Shown: positions 1 through 15,720 of the stretch, piece after piece
Layout: every line of letters starts with the position of its first letter
Numbering within the stretch: position 1 is the first letter of the stretch
NCBI GenBank assembly: GCA_964016885.1
Contig: CAXHJY010001286.1
Span: 62,001 to 126,000 of the forward strand
Length of the DNA stretch: 64,000 nucleotides
DNA from: Eledone cirrhosa
Taxonomy: Eukaryota
Direction of reading: 5' to 3'
Notes under the pieces: model-generated
What the model was told of the DNA's origin: nothing
What the model saw: only the letters and a program-made list of their open reading frames with translations
Databases searched by the model: none
Translations under genes and position numbers: made by a program

Positions 1-28
1 TATATATGTATGTATATATATATATGTA

Positions 29-59
<31 letters not shown>

Positions 60-452
60 TGTATATATATGTATATATATGCATATGTATATATATGTAT
101 ATATATGCATGTATATGTATATATATATATATGCATGTATATGTATATATATATATATGCATGTATATGTATATATATATTATGCATGTATATGTATATA
201 TATATATATGCATGTATATGTATATATATATATATGCATGTATATGTATATATATATATATGCATGTATATGTATATATATATGTATATGTATATATATG
301 TATATGTATATGTATATATATATATATATGTATATATATATGTATATATATACATATGCGTATATGTATATATATACATGTATGTATATATATATATACA
401 TATATATATATATAAAACATATGTATGTATATATATATGTATGTATATGCAT
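1..452. repeat. Compound (TA)n/(TATG)n microsatellite
   Basis: Direct inspection; the overlapping YI-rich ORFs are artefacts. Confidence 0.95.
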
Positions 453-1504
453 AGATTAGATGCTAACCATTTTTTAGTTGAGTAGAGCTAAACACATTTT
501 AATGCACTTACTATAATAGAACGCCATTATCCTTCATTACATTAACAACTCTATATTGTTAAGGCTCATATAATAATATTACACGCACCGTTCCGTTTAT
601 TGAGATTTTTCACAATTTACATACACAATGGTACGTGTTCCACACAATATTGTCATTTATATAATCTATTTGTGCCAGGATTCAGTCTATATTTTCTGAT
701 GATGTACATGTGTTTGTTGTTAACGTTGTTTATATTATAAGGTGTATATCAGTTATTTCCCTTGGTTAGTTTTTGTATATAGCTGAGTATATATTGTTAT
801 ATTAAGAAATTATTTTGTGCTGGATGTATATATTATGTGTATGCTATGTGTGTGTGTTTGTTGTGTTTTTGGCTGTTTTATCTGATATGTATATTGCGTG
901 CGTGTGTATTCCTTTTTTTTCTGTTGCGTGTAAAATGTATTTGTGTATGTTATATATGTCGTGTTCGTGTAATTTATAATGTATGCTTGCGTGTGTGTTC
1001 TTGTGTATGATTGTGTTTGCATGTGTGTTGTTGTGTGTGATTGTGTTTGCATATGTGTTCTTGTGTGTGCATGTGTGTTCTTGTGTACGTTATACATAAC
1101 ATGTTTGTGTAGTCTATAATGTGTATTCAAGTGTGTATGTACGTTTTCTGAGTGAGTGAGTGTCTGTGTTTTTTAATGTATTTCAATAGTGTATATTTGT
1201 CGCTTGACGCTGTCTATATTACATCTTTTCAGTATTCCTTCATATTATATAGAATGTGTGTATGTGGTGTCTATTATGTTTGTTGCGTGTATTAGATGTG
1301 TGCTATATGTGGAGGGATAGTTATGTGTATGAATTCAAGTGTTTGTGAATCAAATTGCCTTCGATAAGGAGAACACATTCAATACGAATTCCATCTCACA
1401 ATTATGAAGTATGTTCAGAAAAGAACTAAATCTGAATGAATAGAAACATCACTAGAAAGAGGTGCTATTTTAAATAAACATGTTTTAACGGTTTGTTTTT
1501 CTTT

Positions 1505-3588
<2,084 letters not shown>

Positions 3589-3707
3589 CTTCTATGCTTT
3601 ATGAATTCTCTGTAGATACACAATTGATTAGAGTTAATGCTTAATACCAAATTCCTGAAATCAAGGCTCAAATTATATTACATCTCACATTATATTATAT
3701 CTCACAT

Positions 3708-3870
3708 TTGGCAGTAACGGTAGAGGGATGGACGCCATGTTTTCTTACATAGTTACGTCCCTTTACAGTCTGAGTTCAAATCCCGCCGAGGTTAACTTTA
3801 CCTTTCATCCTTACGGGGTGGATAAAATAAAATACCAGTAATGGCCTTGTACCTAAAGTAGAAACAATTA
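3708..3870 (+). mobile_element. tRNA-headed SINE family A (short subfamily)
   Basis: A-box-like TGGCAGTAACGG, B-box GAGTTCAAATCC, central CTTTCATCCTTACGGGGTGGATAAAATAAAATACCAGT and tail GGCCTTGTACCTAAAGTAGAAACAATT, all shared with many other copies in the window. Confidence 0.85.
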
Positions 3871-3978
3871 TATTACATGTATATATTTGGTATTACAACA
3901 TGCACAAAGTTTGTATCTTATCTATATTTACCTCTTATTCTTGTTGGAACAGGTGTAAGGTATATACATTATCATAAA

Positions 3979-4050
<72 letters not shown>

Positions 4051-4389
4051 TCGATGATAATATATATTGAAAGCCATACTCCACTATCCCGGGTATCGAA
4101 TACTCTCTTGAATAATAATGGTTTAACAAATTTTAAACTGGTTCTATATACTGGATGTATATATATAAAGTGTGTGTGTATTTGTGTGTGTGCGTGTGTA
4201 TATATATATAAAGAGAAAGCCACATGTTCCATGTATATATATAGTGTGTGTGTGTGTGTTTTGCACTTTTCGAATGTAGAGACATAATAATCTAAAATTT
4301 AGTTTTATGTGAAATGTTTTATTACATAGCCAAATGTATAAAGCCATCATCAAATTAAACCTGGCCTTCCCTAGAGTGAAGAAATAGAG

Positions 4390-4460
4390 CTTTAGTGCGC
4401 AAGGACATGGCTGCGAATTCTAGCATATTGAACGACCACATAAATGATCCGTTGCTAGCT
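4390..4460 (+). repeat. Decayed old dispersed repeat (family C)
   Basis: ATGGCTGCGAATTCTAGCATATTGAACGACCACAT resembles TTTGGTGCTATTTCTAGCAGG...ACCACG at 33229 and copies near 9920, 11690, 34170 and 35920. Confidence 0.45.
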
Positions 4461-4597
4461 TTTAGGTGATATCCGTAATAAGATAATGTAGAGAAATAGA
4501 TAGAAACCTAGAAACCTAAATGGATTAAGTTGTATATAACTTTGTTTCCTTGACATCCTCTCTCCATAATAGTGTAATAGCATTTAAAGTAACATTT

Positions 4598-4625
4598 TAT
4601 ATATATGTACATATATGTATATACA

Positions 4626-4668
<43 letters not shown>

Positions 4669-4743
4669 ATATATCCATATATATACATGCATATATAATT
4701 ATATATACATATATAGGTATCCATACATATACAAACATATATA

Positions 4744-4784
<41 letters not shown>

Positions 4785-5268
4785 AGATACATATATATGT
4801 ATATATAATTATATATATATATATATATATATGTATAGATACATATATATGTATATATAATTATATATGTATATGTATAGATACATATATATGTATATAT
4901 AATTATATATATATGTGTGTATAGATACATATATATGTATATATAATTATATATATATATGTATATGTATAGATACATATATATGTATATATAATTATAT
5001 ATATATATGTATATATACATATATATAATTATATAATTATATATATATATGTATATATACATATATATAATTATATAATTATATATATGTATATATATAG
5101 ATACATATATATGTATATATAATTATATATGTATGTATGTATATGTTAGATACATATATACGTATATATAATTATATATGTATGTATATGGATGGATACA
5201 TATATATGTATATATAATTATATATCTATGTATATGTATGGATACATATATATGCATGTATATATATG

Positions 5269-5306
<38 letters not shown>

Positions 5307-5377
5307 CGTACATGTATACAAACATAATTATATATATGTATGTAGATATATATGTATATATATATATATATGTATGT

Positions 5378-5418
<41 letters not shown>

Positions 5419-5469
5419 GATATATATATATATATATGTATGTAGATATATATATATATATATGTATGT

Positions 5470-5530
<61 letters not shown>
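4598..5530. repeat. Compound TA-rich micro/minisatellite (TAGATAC and TAATTA variants)
   Basis: Direct inspection. Confidence 0.9.
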
Positions 5531-5533
<3 letters not shown>

Positions 5534-5905
5534 CATGAGTGAGGTGGAGTAATTAAAGTAAAGGAAGTGCTTACAAAAAGCCACCAAACTCTTGCTATAT
5601 TGTGCACGACATTTAGCAATTACTAACCCAATACAGAAAGAAATGGAAAACCCGTTTTAAGTCGTTCGGCCGCCATGATGCTTATTTGCTGACGATTTTC
5701 TTGTTTCTTTTGTTTCTTGGTTTCTATGTTTTCTTTGCTCTCTGTGTTTGGTTTGGTTTTGTTTTGTTTCGTTTTGTTTTGTTTAATAGACGCATTTAAA
5801 TTGATTGTTTTTGTGAGAAACTACTGAAGACTGGTTGAACGAAAGACAACTCTCGGTGACAAGACAAACTGAATTGGGGAGAGAACGTGGAATATAAGGA
5901 TATAT

Positions 5906-5965
<60 letters not shown>

Positions 5966-7225
5966 AGATAGAAAGAAGGAAAGACAGGCATATATAGATA
6001 AAAGTATAGATAGATAGATATACAGCCAGATAGATGGATAGGTACATAGATATATATATGTAAGTAGATATATAGCTAGCTAGGTAGGTGGATAGATAGA
6101 TAGATGGATAGATAAATGGGGGAGATGGGTAGATAGATAGATAGGTATATAGGTAGATGGATAAATAGATAGATGGATAGGTAGATAGATAGTTGAGGAA
6201 GATAGAGAGAGATGTAATTAGGAATTCAATACAACTGTCTAAATGATTGACTGAATGAAAAAGAATTGAAGACAAAATGGAAGAATGGATTGAATCAAAA
6301 TATTGAGGGTCGGGGCATATAGATGTTGGGGTGAATATAAGACATGTATATATGGTTGACAGTGATAAATGAGTGATTGAACAACAGAGTGGGAAAGTGT
6401 ATGTGGTTGTGATAGATGTATTGTGAACAGATGAAGTTAGATAGAAGAGAGCAGGATGAAGATGACAAAAGAAGGGAAAAGTGCTTTTTATTAAACTGGA
6501 AAAAACACTGAAACGTATCAGAATCATTCAATATATTTTACCTTTTTTCCTCCTCAAACTACACGAAAATATGACATATCTAAAGTTGTGCACCAGTCAT
6601 TTATCAATAGAACTGACTGCGGAGCATACATATATATATACGCTTGTGTGTGTGTGTAGAGAGAGAGAGAGTGAGATAGAAAGACATGAGTTTTCGTAAA
6701 CTAGATAAAGGAAAAAGGGAGAGAGGGAGAGAAGAGTTTTGTAAACTAAAGGGAAAAAGGCGCTCTATGTTAAGTAATGAGCTATATAGGTCTTAGAGAT
6801 GGTATATTTTCTAGTGTTGCTTATAACATCCATGATTTTTCACGTAGGCAAAGTGAACTCCTCATTGTTCCTTTAATGTAAGCTAATGACCTATCCAGAG
6901 TGTCCCATTGAATCGTGTATGGTATACCTTTATCATCCACATCCCATACAGTATTTTTCTTGCAACATTTAGTTAACTCTATCGAAGTTGACCAAGCCGC
7001 AGCCTCACAAACATTCTATATTTTATGTATAACACGAATTTGACAATCAGGTGTAATAATGTTCGATGTATGGCAAAATATGGCAAAATATGGCAAAATA
7101 TAGGGAACAACGTGTCGTATGAGAGATACCAAAGAATAGAATTTTATATATATATACACGTATATAGCCACATATATATATGTGTGTGTGTATGTATATA
7201 TATGCATATATATATATATATATAC

Positions 7226-7258
<33 letters not shown>

Positions 7259-7524
7259 TGTATGTATGTATGTATGTATGTATGTATATTATAGATGGAT
7301 ATGTGTTTGCGTGTGGGCGTGAGTGTTAATTAATTCACCATTATAATTTCTCCCAATTATAATTAAGACTGATGGTCTATGATTGAAATGTTACCAAGGA
7401 GAACATAATTTCAACAGTTTGGTTAATTGGCGGATTTAATTACAATTTTTCTAAATTCACAGCTACATCCACAACGACAGCCCAGTGACTTTACGTTTAA
7501 AACCATATATACCTGCCTATGTCC

Positions 7525-7729
7525 CTATATGTGTGTGTATGTGTCTGTCTGCGTATGTGTGTGTATGTGTGTGTGTATGTATGTGTATGTGTGTGTGTAT
7601 GTATGTGTATGTATGCGTCTGTATGTGTGTGTCTGTCTGTATATGTATGTGTGTGTATGTATGTGTCTGTGTATATATGTGTCTGTATGTGTGTGTCTAT
7701 GTATGTCTGTGTATATGTGTATGTGTGTA

Positions 7730-7786
<57 letters not shown>

Positions 7787-8010
7787 GTATGCATGTATGT
7801 TCATGTGCATTTTTGTGGGGTTGTATGTGTGAATTCATGTATGGTTGCATGTCTTCATATATGTGTATGTATGTGTCCATATGTATATATGTGTTCATGT
7901 GTATGTATGTATGTCTTCATGTGTGATTGCATGTGTGTATATATATGTGTCCATGTGTATGTATGTGTCCATATGTATTTATGTGTTCATGTGTATATAT
8001 GTATGTGTGT
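7525..8010. repeat. (TG)n/(TGTA)n/(TGTC)n compound microsatellite
   Basis: Direct inspection. Confidence 0.9.
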
Positions 8011-8322
8011 TAATGCATCTGTACATTTCCTGCATTCACAAAAGAACATGCAATATTTAAGAAAGTTTATAATGAAATGTTAGCCCTTAGTATATAATTA
8101 ATTTACATTCTTCTGGGTATTAATCACAGTTACCTCCTATCAAGAGGATCTTTAGTAGGCTTACACATCCCCAATATAACATAAATGGCCCTTATTAGGC
8201 CCTCAGCTAAAATCCTGACAAATTGCGCTGAAGTTGATGAACGTGTTGTGCAATAAAACTTTGAAGGAATTCATTTTTACACACACACACACACTCACAC
8301 ACACACATACATACACACACAC

Positions 8323-8357
<35 letters not shown>

Positions 8358-8973
8358 CCTCTCATACACACACACACATATTAACATGCTCGCACATACA
8401 CATACATAGGTATGGCTGTGAGGTTAAGACGCTCACTGTAAAGACATTTAGTCTCAGGTTCGTTCCGATGGTTTGGCAGGATGTACGAGTGACAAGTACT
8501 ATATCTTCGTCGTTTATACATGTGCATATATTTATATATATGTGGGTGTGTTTGTGTGTGTGTCTCGCTGTCTCTCTCTCTCTTTCTCTCTCTCTCTCCA
8601 AGCCTTGTGCCTCAATTAAAAACACGAACTTATCTACAGAGATGAAGAGAAACTAGATGAAATAAAACTGTCTGATTGAATAAATGATTAAATAACTTCA
8701 CAATTAAATATAATTAAATAGATTTATTGTTAATTATGTAGATGGTTACATAATCCAATATATAATTAATTCTATATTTGAATAATCATTTAAATATAGG
8801 TATTCACCAGGAGGCTACGGTGGTGTATAAAATGGGGTATAAAATGTGGAATGGAGACTGAAGGAATATTATGACGAAACGAACATCAAGCACATACTTG
8901 TACCCCTTTATAGGTTTCGGTGTTAAAATCAAAGGATGTCTTGTTGTATATATATATATATATATATATATAT

Positions 8974-9053
<80 letters not shown>

Positions 9054-9113
9054 GGTAATTCCGAAGAAAAAGCAAATGAAAAAAGAGTGCTCTATGTATG
9101 GAACAGAGCTATT

Positions 9114-9286
9114 TAATTAAAAAGCGAACAACACAATATAACTACTCCATTACCAAATGTTTAATATTAATATACAACCCTAACATCTGTCTGATGAACG
9201 ATCTAGACCTATATTAATTTTTTCTAGGGACCTGAAACATTTGGTAATGGAGTAGTTATATATTGTGTTGTTCACTTCCTAATTAT
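9114..9286. repeat. Inverted repeat (about 50-bp arms, 9114-9162 and 9235-9286) enclosing a hammerhead-like core
   Basis: GAACAACACAATATAACTACTCCATTACCAAATGTTT is the reverse complement of AAACATTTGGTAATGGAGTAGTTAT(AT)ATTGTGTTGTTC. Confidence 0.9.
9186..9251 (+). ncRNA. Putative type I hammerhead ribozyme motif (partly degenerate), Penelope-like-element type
   Basis: UCUGU-CUGAUGA(9191-9197)-stem II containing UCUAGA/UCUAGG-GAAA(9234-9237)-CAUUUG-GUA-AUGGA. Stem I is 5 bp with two G-U pairs; stem III is only 2 bp. Confidence 0.55.
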
Positions 9287-9335
9287 ATATATACATGTAT
9301 ATATATTTATATATATATATAAATATATATACATG

Positions 9336-9558
9336 TATATATATATTAAATTCAAATATTAATAAAATAGATGTTCTTGTGATCAATTAATTTTATTATA
9401 CATATTTCAGAGGTACTTGAATCAAGTTCAATAGTATGTCCTCATCAGATGAGGACGTACTATTGAACTTGATTCAAGTACCTCTGAAATATGTATAATA
9501 AAATTAATTGATCACAAGAACATCTATTTTATTAATATTTGAATTTAATATATATATA
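9336..9558. repeat. Near-perfect 223-bp palindrome (111-bp arms, 1-nt centre at 9447)
   Basis: Arms are reverse complements with no indel; I found one mismatch (T9437 opposite G9457). Confidence 0.95.
9391..9450 (-). ncRNA. Hammerhead ribozyme motif lacking most of the 5' arm of stem I
   Basis: Minus strand reads AU-CUGAUGA-GGACAUACUAUUGAACUUGAUUCAAGUACCUCU-GAAA-UAUGUA-UA-AUAAAA, the same layout and 3' flank as 42082-42152. Confidence 0.6.
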
Positions 9559-10299
9559 TATATAGAAGTTAATATGCCCGTGGGTACTAAGTACCCCTGG
9601 AAATATATAGGTTGTCTATGATTTAAGGTTGTTCTATGGTATTAATTTGACATACCAGAACTATAATATTAAGATAAGCAGAACAAGCAAAATTCAACCA
9701 ATTTTTTTAAAATAAATTAAAAAATATAATTTAAATATTTACCTATATATATATATATATATATATATATTTCAAGTTCCTGGAAAAAAGTTAGTTGTGA
9801 TTCAAATCCTTAAATTTGTCACCCATTGATCCAGCCAGCTTTTTATTTTATTTTGCCACCAATAGAACTACATTGTCTTCTTCCTCTATTCTAGGAAAAG
9901 TAAAATATAATTTGAAAAGGGTTTACAGCTATTATCACTAGCTGATAGAGCGCCCACATAAAAACTCCCCCTAACAAGATTCTTCTAATGTACTTGAGGC
10001 TTTTTATTCTTTTCTTAAGCTTGTGTTTCTATAATTTCTGATCTAATCTACTTTTCACCTTATTTGGATAAAATTTTGTCTGCCTTCTCTAAAAACGAAA
10101 AATATAAACTGCTTTCAATTTATAAAGGAAGGACAATTAATTTAATGTAAAGTTTCAGAAAACCTATTTACCTCGGCAGGAAAAAAATGAGGACATTCCT
10201 TGCAAACACTTTCAACATAACGTTAAATGTTACTTGGTTAAACTGCTTGAAATAAAACGTTTAAATAATAATAATAATAATAATAACAATAACGATAAC

Positions 10300-10330
<31 letters not shown>

Positions 10331-11800
10331 CCAACAACAACAATAACAACAACAACAGCAACAAGAACAAAAATATTTCTACAACACAGAAAGAGAAACT
10401 GCTTTCCTCTGCAAGAAAATAGCAGTTTGAAACACAATTTTAGAAACCACATTAACCAATCTTGCACATAAGCGCTCTCTAAGCGCCATTTTGTTGTTTA
10501 GTGAATATATTATATTATTATTGTTGTTGTTGTTGTTTTGAAAATAGTTATTTCGATTCTGTTAGACACTGTAAAGAAATAAACTATATAATTGGAAAAC
10601 AGAATTTGTCCTACATTGGCGTATATATTTACATATCTTTATATGTCTATATATATGTGTGTGTATATATATGTTTGTGTGTGTATATACATATGTACGT
10701 GTGTGTGTATGTACATGTGTAAGTATATGGAGTGCCTATGTGTATACATTCAAGTATATAAGTACGCAATTGTATTATATATATGTGTATGTGTGTATGT
10801 GTACGTGTGTGAGCATTCGAATTGTCTGTACATACATTTATGTGTATAAGTATTCAACTATATTATATATGTGTGTGTGGGGTACATGTGTAAATATATA
10901 TATATGGGTGTGTGTGTGTGTGTGTATACATTGATGTGTATAAGTATTCAACTATATTATATACGTGTGTGTGGGTACGTGTGTAAATATATACATATAT
11001 GTGTGAGTGTTTAGAGTGTGTATGTGTATACATTGATGTATATAAGCACACAACTGTATTATATATAATTCCATTTATTTCTAGAGTATTTATATTCTTG
11101 TAGAAAGGAAAGTTTTATTTCGATGTTTGATCTTTAAAAGCCAAAGCAAGGTTAAAAGTGTCGACAGAATCAAGTTGAAATTAAATTTACAAATAGTTAC
11201 AAAACACACCCTTAAAATATTCTCATTCTTCTCATTTTTGCAAGTTGAAGAATTTTAATCGAATTTACCAATTTAATAAGATTAAGAATAAAATATTGAA
11301 AACTACAAGCGTACAAGTATAAAAGTAGAGACAGAGTTAGTCTTTTCTAACAATGAAAAGAAAGAGTGAATGTCAAAGAAAGGCATTAGATGTGCACTAG
11401 ACAATGTTAAACGTTTATTTCTATCTCAGTAATGTTGTTTTTAATGTGTTTTTGTTTATGTTTTCCTATTATGTATGTTAACGGTGGTAGTTTAGCTTCA
11501 CGTGGAATATTATAATCGATTTTAAACCATTTTCCAATTATTGAATAAATTCAAATCTTCTACATAGAAAACATCTCACCTTCCTTCCAATTGTTTTTTT
11601 TTAGTTTTTTTTTTAGACATAGTGTATCTAGAAATACATCATCAAATGTGTCCTTTTTCTAAGATAACAGTGTGAGATGTGAAGGATATGGAGTTACTAT
11701 TTCAAGTGTAATGAGCGGCAATGTTAACTTCATCTCGCTGCATCGTTATCTTATGTAATTCACTATTAATAGTCATTAGACCGATATACCAACGTTTTCA

Positions 11801-12010
11801 TTTGGTAGTATCAGTAGAGGTTCGGACGCCATGCTTTGTAGCATAGAGTTACGGCCCTTTATGATCTGAGTTCAAATTCCACCAAGGTAAACTTTGCCTT
11901 TCATCTTTACGGGGTCGATAAAATAAAGTACCAGTCTCGCACTGGGGTCGATTTAATCGACTTTTCTCTCCCTCAAAATTGCTGTCCTTGTGCCTATATA
12001 AGAAACCATT
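11801..12010 (+). mobile_element. SINE family A, full-length (long subfamily)
   Basis: B-box GAGTTCAAATTCC, central domain, GTCGATTTAATCGAC palindrome and tail CCTTGTGCCTATATAAGAAACCATT. Confidence 0.88.
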
Positions 12011-12233
12011 TTATATTTCTTCACAGATATTATTACATTTGCATACCTTTTAAAATCTCATTGTACGCGAGATCTATATTCTCGGCATCCATTTAGGCCA
12101 ATAATCATAATGCTTATAGTCAGAACTTCAGCCAACCCAGGACCGCTGGAACATCCGTTCTATCTGCACAAAACCCCTCCCATTTCTAATGTCTACATTG
12201 TTCTACAGTTACATGAGAGATACAACTATTAAC

Positions 12234-12383
12234 GGTTTCTAATTTAGACACAAGGCCAACAATTTTTGGGAGGGGAAAGTGTATTAAATCTACCCCAGAG
12301 CATTACTGGTACTTTATTTTATCTATCTCCTAAAGATGAAAGGCAAAGCTAACCTCGACAGGATTTGAATTCAGAACGTAAAG
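12234..12383 (-). mobile_element. SINE family A, 5'-truncated, inverted relative to the 11801 copy
   Basis: ACTGGTACTTTATTTTATC...GATGAAAGGCAAAGCTAACCTCGACAGGATTTGAATTCAGA is the reverse complement of the family A core. Confidence 0.85.
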
Positions 12384-12436
12384 AGGTGATACCACCTAAT
12401 CCACGACGAGGATTACCACCACCACCATCATGTATG

Positions 12437-12520
<84 letters not shown>

Positions 12521-12676
12521 CGTGTGATACATACGTATATACATACACATAGATAAACATATTGATCCATACATACATAAATATATTTACGACAGCACGT
12601 TTGTTTATATACTTGTATTAATGCATGTAGAGATTTTTGAATAGATATATTCGTTATCTGTAGGTCTCTGTGTATG

Positions 12677-12743
<67 letters not shown>

Positions 12744-13445
12744 AGGCATGTATATATTTATGGATTTATGCACTTGTATGTGAAGGTATGTATATACTCT
12801 TTGAGTGTAAATCGTATGAACGTATATTCGCGTGCGTGCGATGTCATACGAAAGAAATATTTATGTGATATATATATATATACATAATCTATATATGTGT
12901 GTGTGCGTGTGTGTGTGCGTGTTATATATATATAGTTGATTTTTTTTCAAGGAATTACCAGTATTAAAAAGTGATACGAAAGAAGCAAAAACTATAGGCA
13001 AAAGAAGAATAGCTACGCTATATATTCTGTTTTATCTCAACATAGGAAAAATATTATTTCTGTAAACAAAAACAAAAATTGATGTAGGAAGTTTTCTGAT
13101 CTAGAAAAAACCTTTATCTATGAAAAGGTGTGAAAATGTTTTTGAAAAAAAAGGGAGCACCATAATTTTATGTTTGCGTTTCGCTTTTTCCTTTTTCTCT
13201 GTTAATTTTTCTTAAGTTTTTCTATAAGGACTCCAGAGTTCTATTTTTGTGTCTATTTCTTGCTATTTCTGGGGGTTGTGGAGATTTTATGAAGAATATA
13301 ATGTTCCTTTTGTTGTTGTTGTTGTTGTTTGGTTGGGAGGGGGTCATTTATTTATTTGTTTATTGTTTTATTTTAAGGATCTTTTAAATATTTTTTATAA
13401 TTTATTTTCAAAATCCAGTTTTCACCACGATTCTTCTTCTGTCGT

Positions 13446-13509
<64 letters not shown>

Positions 13510-13667
13510 ATATATATATATATATATATAGAATATATATATAGAGAGAGAGAGAAAGAGAGGGGGAGAGAGAGAGAGATCTTCCCTTTACTGATACTAT
13601 CTGTTCATTATAAAGACATCGATTGATAAGATCGCTGACCTCATTCGCTTACCGAATGGGATGGGGC

Positions 13668-13820
13668 TCGACAAATCGGACCAAGGAAGAAATGTTTCCA
13701 TTGATCTTTGCAATGCTGATACTCCTGGCAGAAGGAACAGCATGAATGCATCACCCGGTCCAGAAATCGAACGTTCAAGCTCACGATTGCTAATCCAATT
13801 CTCTAAGCAGTAGGCCACGG
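13668..13820 (-). mobile_element. SINE family B, decayed with internal deletions
   Basis: CAAATCGGACCAAGGAAGAAATGTTTCC...CCGGTCCAGAAATCGAAC...ACGATTGC aligns with 62793-62995. Confidence 0.7.
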
Positions 13821-14363
13821 GAGTTCCTTCACTGGCGATTGTAAATAACTCTTAGCTGAACGAAGCTAAATTCGAACTCGGAACGAGAAAGATCTGAACC
13901 AAATACTGATATAAATACGGCAAAATATTTAATTAGAAGCCCCTAACAAGTTTCATCAAATGATATCCAATGAGTTTTAACAGCTGATAGTTCATCAAAC
14001 CTTCCACAGGTCGGCCATTATTGAAAGTGACATGTCACGTGGCTGTCAAGATTATATCTGTTCACTTTCAAATATATATGCATGTGTTCCACTCGGACGT
14101 TAACAATGACAACCAGATTGAAGTGAAGTTGTTCCCTCATCAATACACACCAATCAATCAAGTTAGCTATCTTTCACATAAAATTGATGACCATTGATTC
14201 ATCTTATATTCAACAGAATATAATGGATTTTTACATTTATATATTTATTTATATATTTATTTATATATTTATTTATATATTTTATTTTGTTTTATTTTTG
14301 TTTGTTGTTGTTGTTGTTGTTATATGAATTTTATAGTCCAATGTCGGTCTTTTGTTTTTGTAG

Positions 14364-14920
14364 TTGGTGTTGGTGGTAGTGACGGTTGTGTTAGTGGAGA
14401 TTGTGTTGTTGTTGTTGTGGTGGTGGTGTTGTTGTTGTGATGGTTGTGTTAGTGGTGGTGTTGTTGTGGTGGTGGGGTTGTGTTGGTCTTGTTGTGGTCG
14501 TGGTGAGGTTGGTGGCTGTGGTGGTGGTGTTGCGATGATGGTGATATTGGTGGTGATGATGGTGGTGGTGGTGGTGGTGGTAGTTGTGGTGGTGTAGTTG
14601 TGGCGATGGTTGTGGTGGTGTTATTGTAGTGATGATGATGCTGTTCTTGTTTATATTGTTTTCGCTGTTGTCATTGTCGGTGTTGTTGATGGTGGTGATG
14701 GTTGTGGTGGTGGTGATGGTGGGGGGGTTATACTTGTACTTTTCGTTATTGTTTTTGTTTCTTTGTTGTTGTTGTTTGTGCTATTGCTGCTGCTGTTGTT
14801 GTATTTGTTGTTGTTGTGCGTCATTCTTTACGTTGACGTTGTTATGTGTTGTTGATGATGATGACGATGTTGTTGTTATTGTTGTTATTGTTATTGTTGT
14901 TATTGTTGTTGTTGTTGCTG
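14364..14920. repeat. (GTT/GGT/GAT)n trinucleotide low-complexity tract
   Basis: Direct inspection. Confidence 0.85.
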
Positions 14921-15084
14921 GCAAGATTTGGAAATTGCTTTTTTTAGAAACTTATGAATAATTATGAGAAATTATATTTCACGATAGATAGAGAGAACAT
15001 TCTTTGGATCAGAAATAATTCTCAATTACTAGGGAAGATATATTTGGCAATGACTAATGTTTTATAACTAATTAGTTACAAGGT

Positions 15085-15118
<34 letters not shown>

Positions 15119-15257
15119 CATGCAAGACTGGAGTCATCGTAGCAACTGGCTGTTTTACAGCTATTTCTGTGTCTAAGATTTCTATAATTTTTACGAAATA
15201 TTTACACACACCCACACACGCACACGCATACGCACGCGCACACATCGCTACGAATCA

Positions 15258-15590
15258 CTTTCTCCAGCCACAACCTGGTGCAGTCTGCGACTAGCCCAGG
15301 TTTGGCTGCCCGAGGAGGCCAAACTCTCCAAATACCGGTCACTCTCCGACAGGTTTGCGGTCGTACACTTGGCAGTGGAGACTTCTGGTGTCTTCGGCTC
15401 TAAGGCTACCTCCCTACTCACCACCATAGGCGCCGAGCTGGCCAGCCACAGGTGTCAGCCTCGAGAGTTGGAATGGCTCCCTTGCCCTCCTCCGGGGAAA
15501 AACCTTCTCCATTCTGTCCGCCGGGGCTGTGGGGAAGCCACCAATATCATTGACCGACTTGTCATTTCATCAGACAACTGTTGCGTCGCT
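15258..15590 (+). mobile_element. Non-LTR retrotransposon 3' fragment, restriction-like endonuclease C-terminus (CRE-like), frameshifted
   Basis: TFSSHNLVQSATSPGLAA, then after a frameshift EEAKLSKYRSLSDRFAVVHLAVETSGVFGSKATSLLTTIGAELASHRCQPRELEWL, matching the K..KY...AVET.G..G pattern of RLE-type LINEs. A second copy lies at 25160-25320. Confidence 0.75.
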
Positions 15591-15720
15591 AGATTACTAA
15601 GTATCTGTAGATGGACGTTGATACTCATATGTAGCGGGTGTTTAACAATTCAACAACATAGGTACGCCATTTAGAGAGATTTAATCCTATCATTTCGTAT
15701 CATTATTTTTTTCTCTACGC

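Noticed and set aside
690-720. CTGATGA word
   Set aside because: No downstream GAAA or stems.
5818-5858. CTGAAGA...GAAA hammerhead candidate
   Set aside because: Core words are present but stems I and II pair poorly; could be chance or too decayed to call.
8855-8892. CTGAAGG...GAAAC hammerhead candidate
   Set aside because: Core mismatch and no supporting stems.
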